Assembly: GCA_013347225.1 (NCBI GenBank)
Contig: CP054595.1
Coordinates: forward strand, 1,916,415-1,980,414
Source of the DNA: Candidatus Accumulibacter similis
Lineage (GTDB): Bacteria; Pseudomonadota; Gammaproteobacteria; Burkholderiales; Rhodocyclaceae
Direction: 5' to 3'
DNA: 64,000 bases
The position numbers were made by a program, and so were the translations under genes. Below the pieces are notes generated by a model, which saw only the letters and a list, made by a program, of their open reading frames with translations, ran no database searches and had not been told where the DNA came from. This document shows, piece by piece, positions 20,458 through 30,043 of this stretch (position 1 is the first letter of the stretch; the number at the start of each line of letters is the position of its first letter).

Positions 20458-21357
20458 TCACTGGCGGGCCACCATCTGGCGCCTGGCGACGGTCACCTGC
20501 AACTGACTGCGCAGCAGCGGCTTACCGTTGCTGGCCAGGAAGCTGAGGTCCACCTCGTAATCCCCTGCGTCCAGATCCAGGACCGCCTCGGTCTGGCCGT
20601 CGCTCAGACGGAGGTTGCGCAGTGGCGCACGATTCTGCCTGACGTCGATCTGGAAGAATCCGGTATCGGGGATCGCTGACTTCTCTGCTGCGACGCCAAG
20701 GCCGACTACACCCAGTTTGAGCAGGAACGGGCTGACGACCGTCTCGCCGTCACGGAGATTCTTCACGTAGACGAGTCTGTCGGCCTCTGGTGGTGTCGTG
20801 ACCTCGTCCTGGTACCACGCCTGGCAAGTGTCGGCAAAGCGTGCCGGGTCGATCTTCGGCTTCGGCAAGACCTTTCGGCCACCGGTTACCATGATGTTGA
20901 TCTTGCGGCTGAAGACGTAATACGGCCGATGTTCGTGATCGGCAAACAGCAGTCGCAGACTGTGCTGGCCGGGCGACAGCTCGAGTGCGACTGCGGTCTG
21001 TCCCTTGCCAAAGTGCCGGTGCTTGTCTGAGAAGGGAATCGGTTCGGCAACAGAGGCGGGCAGCGGGGTGTCGATCAGCAAGTGGTGATGGCCCGTCTTC
21101 TCGCGCTTGTTGCCGGCGGGCATGACGCCCATGCCGCGGATGCCGAATTCTACCCACAGCGGGCTGCGGACCTCGAAACCATCGCGCAGGTTGGAGAACG
21201 TGACCGGCGTCGAGTCGGCGAACAGGCTGACGGCCGTCCGGTCGGCGGTGAACTGCAGCCAGCAGCGGCGTTCGAGCGGATCATCGGGCAGCGGTCTGGC
21301 GACGGCGAAGGAGCACAGGAGCGGCGCGATCACGGAAAAACTCAGCCGGTGGTTCAT
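20458..21357 (-). CDS. secreted protein with tandem DUF4399-like domains
   Basis: A signal peptide follows the ATG at 21357. The first copy has TGHHHLLID...HFGKGQT...LLFADHEH. The second copy is degenerate and lacks the His cluster. Confidence 0.7.
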   Translation of the reverse strand: MNHRLSFSVIAPLLCSFAVARPLPDDPLERRCWLQFTADRTAVSLFADSTPVTFSNLRDGFEVRSPLWVEFGIRGMGVMPAGNKREKTGHHHLLIDTPLPASVAEPIPFSDKHRHFGKGQTAVALELSPGQHSLRLLFADHEHRPYYVFSRKINIMVTGGRKVLPKPKIDPARFADTCQAWYQDEVTTPPEADRLVYVKNLRDGETVVSPFLLKLGVVGLGVAAEKSAIPDTGFFQIDVRQNRAPLRNLRLSDGQTEAVLDLDAGDYEVDLSFLASNGKPLLRSQLQVTVARRQMVARQ

Positions 21358-21694
21358 CGGTGGCCTCCCTCCGGGCAGCAGGTGGTGAGCGACGGACTGC
21401 GGTAGCGGTGCGCGCTGGTCGCCGCCGATCGGCATCAGGAAACCGCCGCACCCCGGCCGGGGCTGTCAGGCAGCGCCATCGGCGAGGTGTGCGCTGCCGG
21501 CTGGCAGCGCCTAGTCAGAGCGGTGGCGCGCCTTTCGGCTCCAGAAGTCGCCGCCGATTCTACAGCATCGTTTGCCCGGCTGGACAAGCGGCTGCCTGGT
21601 GGCTCGCCATTTGGCAGGCAGGTGCCCGGGATGCGGCCGTGCTTTCAGGCCAGCGGGCGCCTGCCCATGCAGTGGCCGGTGCATCCGAAAGGTG

Positions 21695-21718
21695 CAGGGC
21701 CCCCTCGCGGGGGCCCTG
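21695..21718 (-). terminator. probable icd terminator hairpin
   Basis: A perfect 10-bp GC stem CAGGGCCCCC-N4-GGGGGCCCTG is followed on the minus strand by CACCTTTCGG. It lies 37 nt after the icd stop. A second, weaker hairpin GGGCTT-N8-AAGCCC lies directly at the stop. Confidence 0.5.
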
Positions 21719-21754
21719 ATGGTGCGGCAGGCACGGGCTTGTGCCGGCAAGCCC

Positions 21755-22984
21755 CTACATGCGGGCGATCATGGCGTCGCCGAATTCGGAGCAGGAGACC
21801 TCGGTGGCGCCTTCCATCAGGCGCGCGAAGTCGTAGGTGACGACCTTGTCGCCGATCGCCGCTTCCATCGCGGCGATGATCAGGTCTGCGGCTTCGAACC
21901 AGCCGAGGTGGCGCAGCATCATCTCTGCCGAAAGGATCAGCGAACCCGGGTTGACCTTGTCCAGGCCGGCATACTTGGGCGCCGTGCCGTGCGTCGCCTC
22001 GAAGCAGGCGTAGGCGTCCGAGATGTTGGCGCCGGGGGCGATGCCGATACCACCGACCTGGGCGGCGAGCGCATCCGAGATGTAGTCGCCGTTCAGGTTC
22101 GTCGTGCAGATCACGTCGTACTCGGCTGGGCGCAGCAGAATCTGCTGCAGGAAGGCATCGGCGATCGAATCCTTGATGACGATGCCACTGGGCAGCTTGA
22201 GCCACGGCCCGCCGTCGATTTCGACGCCACCGAATTCCTTCTTGGCCAGAGCGTAGGCCCAGTCACGGAACGCACCCTCGGTGAACTTCATGATGTTGCC
22301 CTTGTGGACGATCGTCACCGACTTGCGCTTGTTGGTGATCGCGTACTTGATGGCTGCGCGAACGAGGCGCTCCGTCCCCTCCTGCGATACCGGCTTGATG
22401 CCAATGCCGGAGCTGGCCGGGAAGCGGATCTTCTTCACGCCCATCTCGTCCTGCAGGAACTTGATGACCTTCCGGCAGCCCTCGGAATTGGCTTCCCATT
22501 CGATGCCGGCGTAGATGTCCTCGGTGTTCTCGCGGAAGATGACCATGTTCGTCTTGGCCGGGTCCTTGAGTGGCGAGGGTACGCCGCGGAAGTAGCGCAC
22601 CGGGCGAACGCACTGGTAGAGATCGAGTTCCTGGCGCAGGGCAACGTTCAGTGAGCGGATGCCGCCACCGACCGGCGTCGTCATCGGACCCTTGATCGAT
22701 ACCGAAAACTCCTTCAGTGCGTCGAGAGTCTCGGGCGACAACCAGACGTCGGAGCCGTACATCTGCGTCGACTTTTCGCCCGCGTAGACCTCCATCCAGA
22801 AGATCTTCTTGGCCCCACCATAGGCCTTGGCCACCGCGGCGTCCACCACCTTGATCATCACCGGCGTGATGTCGATGCCGATGCCATCGCCCTCGATGAA
22901 CGGGATGATCGGGTTGTCCGGGACAGCCTGTCCCGGAACGATTTTCTGGCCACCTTGTGGGACTTTGATCAGACTTGCGCTCAT
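21755..22984 (-). CDS. icd: NADP-dependent isocitrate dehydrogenase (homodimeric type)
   Basis: It is 409 aa and contains [45 protein letters not shown] and [10 protein letters not shown]. Confidence 0.95.
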   Translation of the reverse strand: MSASLIKVPQGGQKIVPGQAVPDNPIIPFIEGDGIGIDITPVMIKVVDAAVAKAYGGAKKIFWMEVYAGEKSTQMYGSDVWLSPETLDALKEFSVSIKGPMTTPVGGGIRSLNVALRQELDLYQCVRPVRYFRGVPSPLKDPAKTNMVIFRENTEDIYAGIEWEANSEGCRKVIKFLQDEMGVKKIRFPASSGIGIKPVSQEGTERLVRAAIKYAITNKRKSVTIVHKGNIMKFTEGAFRDWAYALAKKEFGGVEIDGGPWLKLPSGIVIKDSIADAFLQQILLRPAEYDVICTTNLNGDYISDALAAQVGGIGIAPGANISDAYACFEATHGTAPKYAGLDKVNPGSLILSAEMMLRHLGWFEAADLIIAAMEAAIGDKVVTYDFARLMEGATEVSCSEFGDAMIARM

Positions 22985-23341
22985 GCCTACTCCGTGTAGT
23001 GTCGTGTGGGTGAATCATCCGGTTCGGGTACCAGCATCGCTGCATCGGGCCAGCGTTCACTGCCTGCGAACCGGCCCGACCGCATTGCTGTCTTGTGGGC
23101 ACGAGGGACTCTGTCAGAAGCAAAACCATCCAGCGGCGCCACGCGCGATTATGTAGCAAATGCCGACGATTTGCCAGTGCTTCACGTCCCGCCGGAAGGT
23201 CCGCCATGAGCTGCCGACGGGCTCCGGGCGGGTTTCTCAGGCCACTGGCGGCGCTCCCGCGGAGGGCGCCTCCGCACCTTTGGTGCGGCGCAGCAGGCGC
23301 GGTGCTACAATGCCGCCGTGTTGGACTCGCGAGTGGCTGTC

Positions 23342-25093
23342 ATGGATCTCCCCAGCATCGAAAACCTGCTCCCACGGCGTATCGCCGAGGCGATGATCGA
23401 TGGTTTCAACCGGCACTACCGAATCATTCGCCACTACGGTCAGCAGGCCAAGCTGCTCTTCGAAGCGGCAGACTGGAAAGGCGTTCATGACGCGGTGCGC
23501 GAGCGTATCCGCTCCTACGATGATCGCGTCAGCGAGACCGCCGACCTGCTGTGTGCCAACTACGGTGCTGCGGCGCTCGATGACGCGACTTGGCAGCAGC
23601 TCAAGCTCTTCTATATCGGTCATCTCATCAACCACAAGCAGCCCGAGCTTGCCGAGACCTTCTTCAACTCGGTGTGCACCAAGATTCTGCATCGGACCTA
23701 CTTCAACAACGATTACATCTTCGCCCGGCCGGCGGTGTCGACGGAGTACATCCAGTCATACCCGCCAGTCTATCGCAGCTACTATCCGGCCCACCGCGGC
23801 TTGCGCCGCACCGTCCGCCAGATCATCACGGATTTCGATTGGCAGCGCCCTTTCGAGAATCTCGACCGCGACGTCGACTACATCATGCGGACCCTGAGGA
23901 GGCGGTTGGATGAGTGGCCCGCGGCCGAGGCCAACGCACAGATCGAGGTCCTGCATTCCGCCTTCTATCGCAACAAGGGTGCCTACATTTTCGGCAAGGG
24001 AATCAACGGCCATGCCGAATTCCCGTTCGCCGTTGCCGTCGTGCATTCGCCGGCCGGCGAACTGGTGGTCGACACCATCCTGCTCGACAGCGCGCAGATC
24101 AGCATCCTGTTCTCACTGTCGCGCGCCTACTTCATGGTAGACATGGAGGTCCCGTCGGGCTACGTGCAGTTCCTGCGCAGCATCATGCCGCACAAGCCAC
24201 CGTCGGAGATCTACACGATGCTCGGCCTTGGCAAGCAGGGCAAGATTCTCTTCTTCCGGGATTTGAAGCACCATCTGCGGCATTCGCAGGACCAGTTCGT
24301 CATCGCACCGGGAATTGCCGGCCTGGTGATGCTGGTGTTCACCCTGCCTTCATACCCCTATGTCTTCAAGCTGATCAAGGATGTGTTTGGACCGAGCAAG
24401 GAGATGGACCGCGAGACGGTCAAGCGCAAGTATCTGATGGTCAAGCAGGTGGACCGAGTCGGCCGGATGGCCGATACCCTCGAGTTCTCGCAGGTGCTGC
24501 TGCCGAAGAAGCGCTTCTCGGTCGAACTCCTCGAAGCCTTGCGCACGCTGGCACCATCGTTGCTTGAGGAAGAGGGTGACAATCTGGTGATCAAGCACCT
24601 CTATATCGAACGTCGCCTGACGCCGCTCAACCTCTACCTCGACGCGGCGACACCCGCGGAGATCGACCAGGCTGTCCTGGAGTATGGCAACGCCATCAGG
24701 GAACTGGCGATCGCCAACATCTTCCCGGGCGACATGCTGTGGAAGAACTTCGGCGTGACGAGCTACAAACGTGTGGTCTTCTACGACTACGACGAGATCG
24801 AGTACATGACCGACATCAACTTCCGCGCCATCCCGGAGCCACCGTACCCCGAGATGGAGATGTCTGGCGAGCCTTGGTACTCGGTCGGTCGGTACGACGT
24901 CTTCCCGGAGGAGTTCGCCAGCTTCCTGCTCGGCTCGGCGAAGGTCCGCTCGGCCTTCCTGAAGTACCATCGGGCCCTGTTGAACGTCAAGTTCTGGCAG
25001 ACGACACAGGAGAGAATCCGCGCCGGCCACGTCGAGGATTTCTTCCCGTACTCCGAGGAACTGCGCTTCTGCAAGGTCTATGCCGACGGTTGA
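23342..25093 (+). CDS. aceK: isocitrate dehydrogenase kinase/phosphatase
   Basis: The N-terminus IAEAMIDGFNRHYRIIRHYGQQAKLLFEAADWKGV parallels the E. coli AceK start. The length is about 583 aa. An alternative TTG start lies at 23318. Confidence 0.9.
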   Translation: MDLPSIENLLPRRIAEAMIDGFNRHYRIIRHYGQQAKLLFEAADWKGVHDAVRERIRSYDDRVSETADLLCANYGAAALDDATWQQLKLFYIGHLINHKQPELAETFFNSVCTKILHRTYFNNDYIFARPAVSTEYIQSYPPVYRSYYPAHRGLRRTVRQIITDFDWQRPFENLDRDVDYIMRTLRRRLDEWPAAEANAQIEVLHSAFYRNKGAYIFGKGINGHAEFPFAVAVVHSPAGELVVDTILLDSAQISILFSLSRAYFMVDMEVPSGYVQFLRSIMPHKPPSEIYTMLGLGKQGKILFFRDLKHHLRHSQDQFVIAPGIAGLVMLVFTLPSYPYVFKLIKDVFGPSKEMDRETVKRKYLMVKQVDRVGRMADTLEFSQVLLPKKRFSVELLEALRTLAPSLLEEEGDNLVIKHLYIERRLTPLNLYLDAATPAEIDQAVLEYGNAIRELAIANIFPGDMLWKNFGVTSYKRVVFYDYDEIEYMTDINFRAIPEPPYPEMEMSGEPWYSVGRYDVFPEEFASFLLGSAKVRSAFLKYHRALLNVKFWQTTQERIRAGHVEDFFPYSEELRFCKVYADG

Positions 25094-25134
25094 TCCCGAG
25101 TCCTGTGGTGACCAGGGCAACTGGCCAGGGATGG

Positions 25135-25989
25135 TCAATGCCGCTGCGGGGGTGGCGGCGGCTCCGTTCCGTCAGCACGCGCCGGCGGCAGGGGGGCCAG
25201 CCATTCGCGCGCCCAGCCGAGGCTCCTTTCCGTATTTGCCAACGTTGGCCGGTACTCGCAGCCCAGCCAGCCGTCGTAGCCGATGCGGCGAAGCAGGTCG
25301 AAGAGAAAGGGGTAGTTGATTTCGCCGCTGCCGGGTTCGTTGCGGCCCGGGTTGTCGGCCAGCTGGATGTGCGCGATGCGGTCGATGTGGCTTTCGATCG
25401 TCTGCGCCAAGTCTCCCGCCATCACCTGGGCATGGTAGACGTCATACTGCAGCCAGAGGTTCGGGATTGCCAGTTCGGCGATCAACGCCAGAGCCTTGGC
25501 TGGCGTGTCGAGCCAGAAGCCGGGCATGTCGACGCGGCTGTTGATCGGTTCGATCAGCAGCCGGATGCCATGCCGTGCAAGCTGCTCGCCGGCGTAGCGC
25601 AGATTGCCCGTCAGGGTTGCGTGCAACTCTTCGTCGACAATGCCGGTCGGCGCGATTCCGGCCAAGCAGTTGAGCTGCCGGCAGCCAAGCGTGCGTGCGA
25701 AGTCGATTCCCAGCGCGACCGATTCGCGGAACTCGGCTTCGCGTCCCGGCAGACAGGCGATTCCTCGTTCGCCTGCCGCCCAGTCGCCCGCCGGCAGGTT
25801 GTGCAGAACCTGCTGCAGGCCGTTTTCGCGCAGCAGCGCGCGCAACTCGTCGCGATCGCAGGCGTAGGGAAACATGTATTCCACGCCGCGAAAGCCTGCG
25901 CGTGCGGCGCGTTCGAAACGCTCGCCGAATTCATACTCGGTGAACAGGAAACTGAGGTTGGCACTCAGTTGCAGCGCGGGGCGGGTCAC
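25135..25989 (-). CDS. hyi: hydroxypyruvate isomerase family TIM-barrel protein
   Basis: LSANLSFLFTEYEFGERFERAARAGFRGVEYMFPY is typical Hyi. A Pro-rich C-terminal extension of about 25 aa is present. Confidence 0.85.
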   Translation of the reverse strand: MTRPALQLSANLSFLFTEYEFGERFERAARAGFRGVEYMFPYACDRDELRALLRENGLQQVLHNLPAGDWAAGERGIACLPGREAEFRESVALGIDFARTLGCRQLNCLAGIAPTGIVDEELHATLTGNLRYAGEQLARHGIRLLIEPINSRVDMPGFWLDTPAKALALIAELAIPNLWLQYDVYHAQVMAGDLAQTIESHIDRIAHIQLADNPGRNEPGSGEINYPFLFDLLRRIGYDGWLGCEYRPTLANTERSLGWAREWLAPLPPARADGTEPPPPPQRH

Positions 25990-26038
25990 GAACGCTCCTT
26001 CGTCTATAATCGTCTATATTCTGATCAGGAAAATCCTC

Positions 26039-26599
26039 ATGGGCAATCGTTTGTCGAAAATCGTCACGCGGACCGGTGATGCCGGTACCACCGGCCTCGG
26101 TGATGGCACGCGCGTGGCCAAGGACAGTCTGCGCATCGAGACGATCGGCCAGGTCGACGAACTCAATTCGACGATCGGCGTGCTGTTGACCGAGGAGATT
26201 CCGGACGACATCCGGCAGGCACTGACCGGAGTTCAGCACGACCTTTTCGATCTCGGCGGGGAACTGTGCATTCCCGGAATGAGCATGATCAGCGATGCGC
26301 AGGTGGGCCGCCTCGAGGACCTCGTCGAGCGCTTCAACGACGACCTGCCGCCGCTGAAGGACTTCATTCTCCCCGGCGGCAGCCGGGCCGCCGCCTTGGC
26401 ACATCTTGCCCGGACGGTATGCCGTCGCGCCGAGCGCCATGTGGTGCACCTGTCACACAGCGAGACGGTCTCCGACTTCGCGCGCAAGTATCTCAACCGC
26501 CTGTCCGACCTGCTGTTCGTCCTGGGCCGTGCGCTGAACCGCGCCGCCGGTTGTGGCGACGTGCTGTGGGTACAGGGGAAGCACCGTGCCGGTGGTTGA
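26039..26599 (+). CDS. PduO-type ATP:cob(I)alamin adenosyltransferase
   Basis: IVTRTGDAGTTGLGDGTRVAKDSLRIETIGQVDELNSTIG and the C-terminal YLNRLSDLLFVL are present. Confidence 0.85.
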   Translation: MGNRLSKIVTRTGDAGTTGLGDGTRVAKDSLRIETIGQVDELNSTIGVLLTEEIPDDIRQALTGVQHDLFDLGGELCIPGMSMISDAQVGRLEDLVERFNDDLPPLKDFILPGGSRAAALAHLARTVCRRAERHVVHLSHSETVSDFARKYLNRLSDLLFVLGRALNRAAGCGDVLWVQGKHRAGG

Positions 26600-26649
26600 G
26601 AACGCCTGTGGCGGAAGCGTGCCATGCTTCCTAACGATGGAGTGCCAGG

Positions 26650-27207
26650 ATGACCAGCAAGATCACCGTGATCACCACCGCGAATCGTGCGCGGCGTTTC
26701 GTCCCCACCGACGAAAGCAGTCTCGAGACCATCATCGACAGCCTGCGGCGCGGCGGGCACCTGTTCAGCGGCAAGCCACTGATCATCGGGGCGGGCGCGC
26801 AGACCGAGGTTTTTGCCGCTGCGGCGATCGCCTGCATCGAGATCGAGACCGCACGCGACCTTGAGGAGCATCTGCCCAGCCAGCACAATCTGAGCCTGAC
26901 CGCGCTGACGCCGGAGCAGCGCGCCGAGCCCTTTGTCGGTGGCCTGGACGGCGATCATTTCAGCGTGCGGATCGAGTTCTTCTTCACCGGCGGCCACGCG
27001 CTGTACATGGCCGCTGCAGGCGTCCGCAAGCCGGCGCTCGCCGAACGGCTCATGAATCTGACCGGCCTGTTCGAACGGCCGGCGCTCCACTATCGTCTGG
27101 CCCAAGGGGGTATCGGCCTGATGAATCCGCGCGCGATGACGCGCTTCCTCATCAACCCCGGGGTACCCGATCTGCCGAGTGATGCCTGGCTCGCCGAGGC
27201 ACTCTGA
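26650..27207 (+). CDS. hypothetical protein, 185 aa
   Basis: The frame has clean coding-like composition. I recognise no family. Confidence 0.55.
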   Translation: MTSKITVITTANRARRFVPTDESSLETIIDSLRRGGHLFSGKPLIIGAGAQTEVFAAAAIACIEIETARDLEEHLPSQHNLSLTALTPEQRAEPFVGGLDGDHFSVRIEFFFTGGHALYMAAAGVRKPALAERLMNLTGLFERPALHYRLAQGGIGLMNPRAMTRFLINPGVPDLPSDAWLAEAL

Positions 27208-27330
27208 CCGTCAGGCGTTCACCGGGGCTGCCCGACCGGGCAGCGCACGGCAGCTGATCCCGGCAAGGGTGGCCGAGGGCCGTGTCCGGCGCCACCTGCG
27301 AGTGCCTGCGCTGCCGCCACGTCCCGTTAC

Positions 27331-28809
27331 TCAATTCGTCGCCGTGCCGGGATAGGGATGGAGGGCGTCGAGAGGGATGCTGCGCCCGGAGGGCTGGACG
27401 ATGCGGACGTGCTCGCGGCGCAGTCCGCGGGCGTGCGCGAGACCACAGGAGTGGGCGATCATCTCGATCTCCCTGTTCATGTTGCGGCAGTAGGCGGCAA
27501 CCCGTTCTGCCTTGTCTTCGACGACCAGGCCGCGTTGCAGGCGGGGGTCATGTGTGGTGACCCCGGTCGGGCAGGTGTTGGTGTGACAGCGCAGAGCCTG
27601 GATGCAGCCGAGCGAAAACATGAAGCCGCGTGCGGTGTTGACGAAATCGGCACCGGCTGCGAGTGCCCACGCAACCCGCGCCGGCGTCACCAGCTTGCCG
27701 GCTGCGATCAGGCGAATCCGTTGCGTGAGGCCGCTGGCCATCAGTGCGTCGGCCACCAGCGGCAGCGCTTCGTCGATCGACAGGGCCATGTGGTCGGCCA
27801 AGGCCTGTGGCGCCGCACCGCTGCCGCCCTCGCCACCATCGATGGTCAGGAAGTCGGGCGCGGCGTGCAGCCCGCGACGCGCGACGGCCGCCGTGAGCTC
27901 GTCCATGAACGCCCTGCCGCCGATCGCGGTCTTGACACCGACCGGCTTGCCGGTCATCGCACGAACGTGCTCGACCTGGTCGAGCAACTGGTCGATGTCG
28001 GCGACATCGCGGTGACGGTTCGGGCTCAGCGAGTCCTTGCCCAGCGGGATGCCGCGAATCTCGGCGATCTCGGGGGTCACCTTGTTGCTCGGCAGGACTC
28101 CCCCCTTGCCCGGCTTGGCGCCCTGCGACAGCTTGATCTCGAAGGCGCGGACGCTTTCGTGTGCTGCCAGCTCGCGCAGGCGCTGGTCGGACAGCTGTCC
28201 GTTGCCATCGCGGACGCCATACTTGGCGGTGCCGATCTGGAAGATGATGTCGCAGCCCCCTTCGAGATGATAGGGTGACAGGCCACCTTCGCCAGTATCC
28301 AGCCAGCAGCCGGCGGCGGCCGCGCCGCGCGACAACGCCTGCACGGCCGGTCTGGAAATGGCACCGAAACTCATGGCGCTGACGTTGACCAGCGAGCGGC
28401 CGCAGAACGGGGTCGGGCAGTAGCCTTCGCCGATCGGCAGCGGCGGCGTCGGACGCTGTTCCTCTTCGAGAACCGGGAAGGGTGCGTTGACGAATACCAG
28501 CGCGCCTGGCTCGTGGATCCGGTAGGTCGAGCCAAAGCCAATGATCCCGCCCTGGTTCTTCGCCATGCGATAGACCCAGCTCCGCGTTGCCCGGTCAAAG
28601 GGCATCTCGTCACGGTCGCCAAGGAAGAAATACTGCCGGAAGTACTCGCCCAGGCTTTCGAACAGGTAGCGCAGGTGGCCGACGAGTGGGAAGTTGCGCA
28701 GGACGGCATGCCTTTCCTGCGTCACGTCCTGTACGTAGAGGTAGACCAGGCCTCCGGCGAAAGCCAGTGCGAGCAGGACGCCCGCCGTGACGAGCAGCAG
28801 GTCGATCAT
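27331..28809 (-). CDS. FMN-binding glutamate synthase family protein (GltB domain-2-like) with N-terminal TM helix
   Basis: SAMSFGAIS, KLSQGAKPGKGGVLP and DFLTIDGGEGGSGAAP are present. GGGAGG lies upstream of the ATG at 28809. Confidence 0.85.
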   Translation of the reverse strand: MIDLLLVTAGVLLALAFAGGLVYLYVQDVTQERHAVLRNFPLVGHLRYLFESLGEYFRQYFFLGDRDEMPFDRATRSWVYRMAKNQGGIIGFGSTYRIHEPGALVFVNAPFPVLEEEQRPTPPLPIGEGYCPTPFCGRSLVNVSAMSFGAISRPAVQALSRGAAAAGCWLDTGEGGLSPYHLEGGCDIIFQIGTAKYGVRDGNGQLSDQRLRELAAHESVRAFEIKLSQGAKPGKGGVLPSNKVTPEIAEIRGIPLGKDSLSPNRHRDVADIDQLLDQVEHVRAMTGKPVGVKTAIGGRAFMDELTAAVARRGLHAAPDFLTIDGGEGGSGAAPQALADHMALSIDEALPLVADALMASGLTQRIRLIAAGKLVTPARVAWALAAGADFVNTARGFMFSLGCIQALRCHTNTCPTGVTTHDPRLQRGLVVEDKAERVAAYCRNMNREIEMIAHSCGLAHARGLRREHVRIVQPSGRSIPLDALHPYPGTATN

Positions 28810-28867
28810 TGATGCCTCCCATTGGTGATAAAATCCCATCAGTTGACGCTAGTGTACGGGAATCCTC

Positions 28868-29725
28868 ATGACCTTTGCAGCCATGCTCGCGGGCGAAGTC
28901 GAACGCAACGTTGCCGCAGCGTTGGCCGAGGACGTCGGCAGCGGCGACCTGACGGCGCAACTGGTGCCGGCTGCGGCGCGCGCGCGGGCGACCGTGATCG
29001 CGCGCGAGGACGCCATCCTCTGCGGTTCTGCCTGGTTCGCTGCCTGTTTCCGGCAGCTCGACACGACGGTTCGCGTCGCTTGGCAGGTGCGTGATGGCGC
29101 ACGCATCGGGCCGGGCCAGTTGCTGTGCGAGATCGAGGGGCCAGCGCGTGCGCTGCTGACCGGCGAGCGAAGCGCGCTCAACTTCCTGCAGTTGCTTTCC
29201 GGCGTTGCGACGAAGGCCCGGCAGTACGCCGATCAGGTGGCGGGAACGCGGGCGCAGGTGGTCGACACGCGCAAGACGATTCCCGGACTGCGATTGGCAC
29301 AGAAGTATGCCGTCCGCTGCGGTGGTGGCGGCAATCATCGGCTCGGCCTCTACGACGGAATCCTGATCAAGGAGAACCACATCGTTGCCGCCGGCGGCAT
29401 CGCCGGTGCGCTGGCGGCGGCGAAGCAGGTGGCCGCTGCCACTGGCGGAGTCTGCGAGTTCGTGCAGATCGAGGTCGAGAATCTCGACGAGTTGCGCCAG
29501 GCGCTCGCCTGTGGTGCGCAGATGGTCCTGCTTGACAACATGAGCCTCGATCAGTTGCGCGCGGCGGTGGCGATCGCTGCTGGCGGCGCAGTGCTCGAGG
29601 CATCGGGCAACGTCAGCCTCGAAACCGTCCGCGCGATCGCCGAGACCGGCGTGGACCGGATATCGATCGGTAGCCTGACCAAGGATGTCCGGGCTCTCGA
29701 TCTTTCGCTGCGTTTTCAGGACTAG
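28868..29725 (+). CDS. nadC: nicotinate-nucleotide diphosphorylase (carboxylating)
   Basis: [30 protein letters not shown] and [20 protein letters not shown] are present. Confidence 0.93.
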   Translation: MTFAAMLAGEVERNVAAALAEDVGSGDLTAQLVPAAARARATVIAREDAILCGSAWFAACFRQLDTTVRVAWQVRDGARIGPGQLLCEIEGPARALLTGERSALNFLQLLSGVATKARQYADQVAGTRAQVVDTRKTIPGLRLAQKYAVRCGGGGNHRLGLYDGILIKENHIVAAGGIAGALAAAKQVAAATGGVCEFVQIEVENLDELRQALACGAQMVLLDNMSLDQLRAAVAIAAGGAVLEASGNVSLETVRAIAETGVDRISIGSLTKDVRALDLSLRFQD

Positions 29726-29886
29726 CCGGCCGGCGCTGACGAGCGGTAGCAGCATGCGGGCGGTGGCTCGCGCGGCGCCAAATGGGCATGCCGCAGTGCA
29801 AACCGGGGCTACGGCGATGATATCATCCGGTCGATGCGAGGCAGGCCGGGCGTTTTGGCTTCCGCCAACAGGGAGAGGGTGGTCTG

Positions 29887-30024
29887 ATGCTATTTGCGCT
29901 GTTCTACGTACTGGCGATCACGATATTGATCATGCACTTCACGGGGTTCCTGGCGCGACACAATCTCGAATGGCTGGTACTGGTCCTGGCTGCGGCCGTC
30001 TTCCCGGCCGTCATTTACCTTTGA
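29887..30024 (+). CDS. candidate 45-aa two-helix membrane peptide (MLFALFYVLAITILIMHFTGFLARHNLEWLVLVLAAAVFPAVIYL)
   Basis: It is not in the track because it is under 60 aa. GGGAGAGGG lies 8 nt upstream of the ATG. It has two hydrophobic helices. Local GC is lower than the surroundings. No homology is claimed. Confidence 0.35.
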   Translation: MLFALFYVLAITILIMHFTGFLARHNLEWLVLVLAAAVFPAVIYL

Positions 30025-30043
30025 AGCCACGATGGGCGGCAGT

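Noticed and set aside
22263-23207. 314-aa minus-strand ORF overlapping icd
   Set aside because: It is out of frame with the clearly recognisable icd and has a non-protein-like composition.
27227-27244. 7-bp hairpin GCTGCCC-gacc-GGGCAGC after the 185-aa hypothetical gene
   Set aside because: The stem is short and there is no U-tract, so it is too weak to call a terminator.
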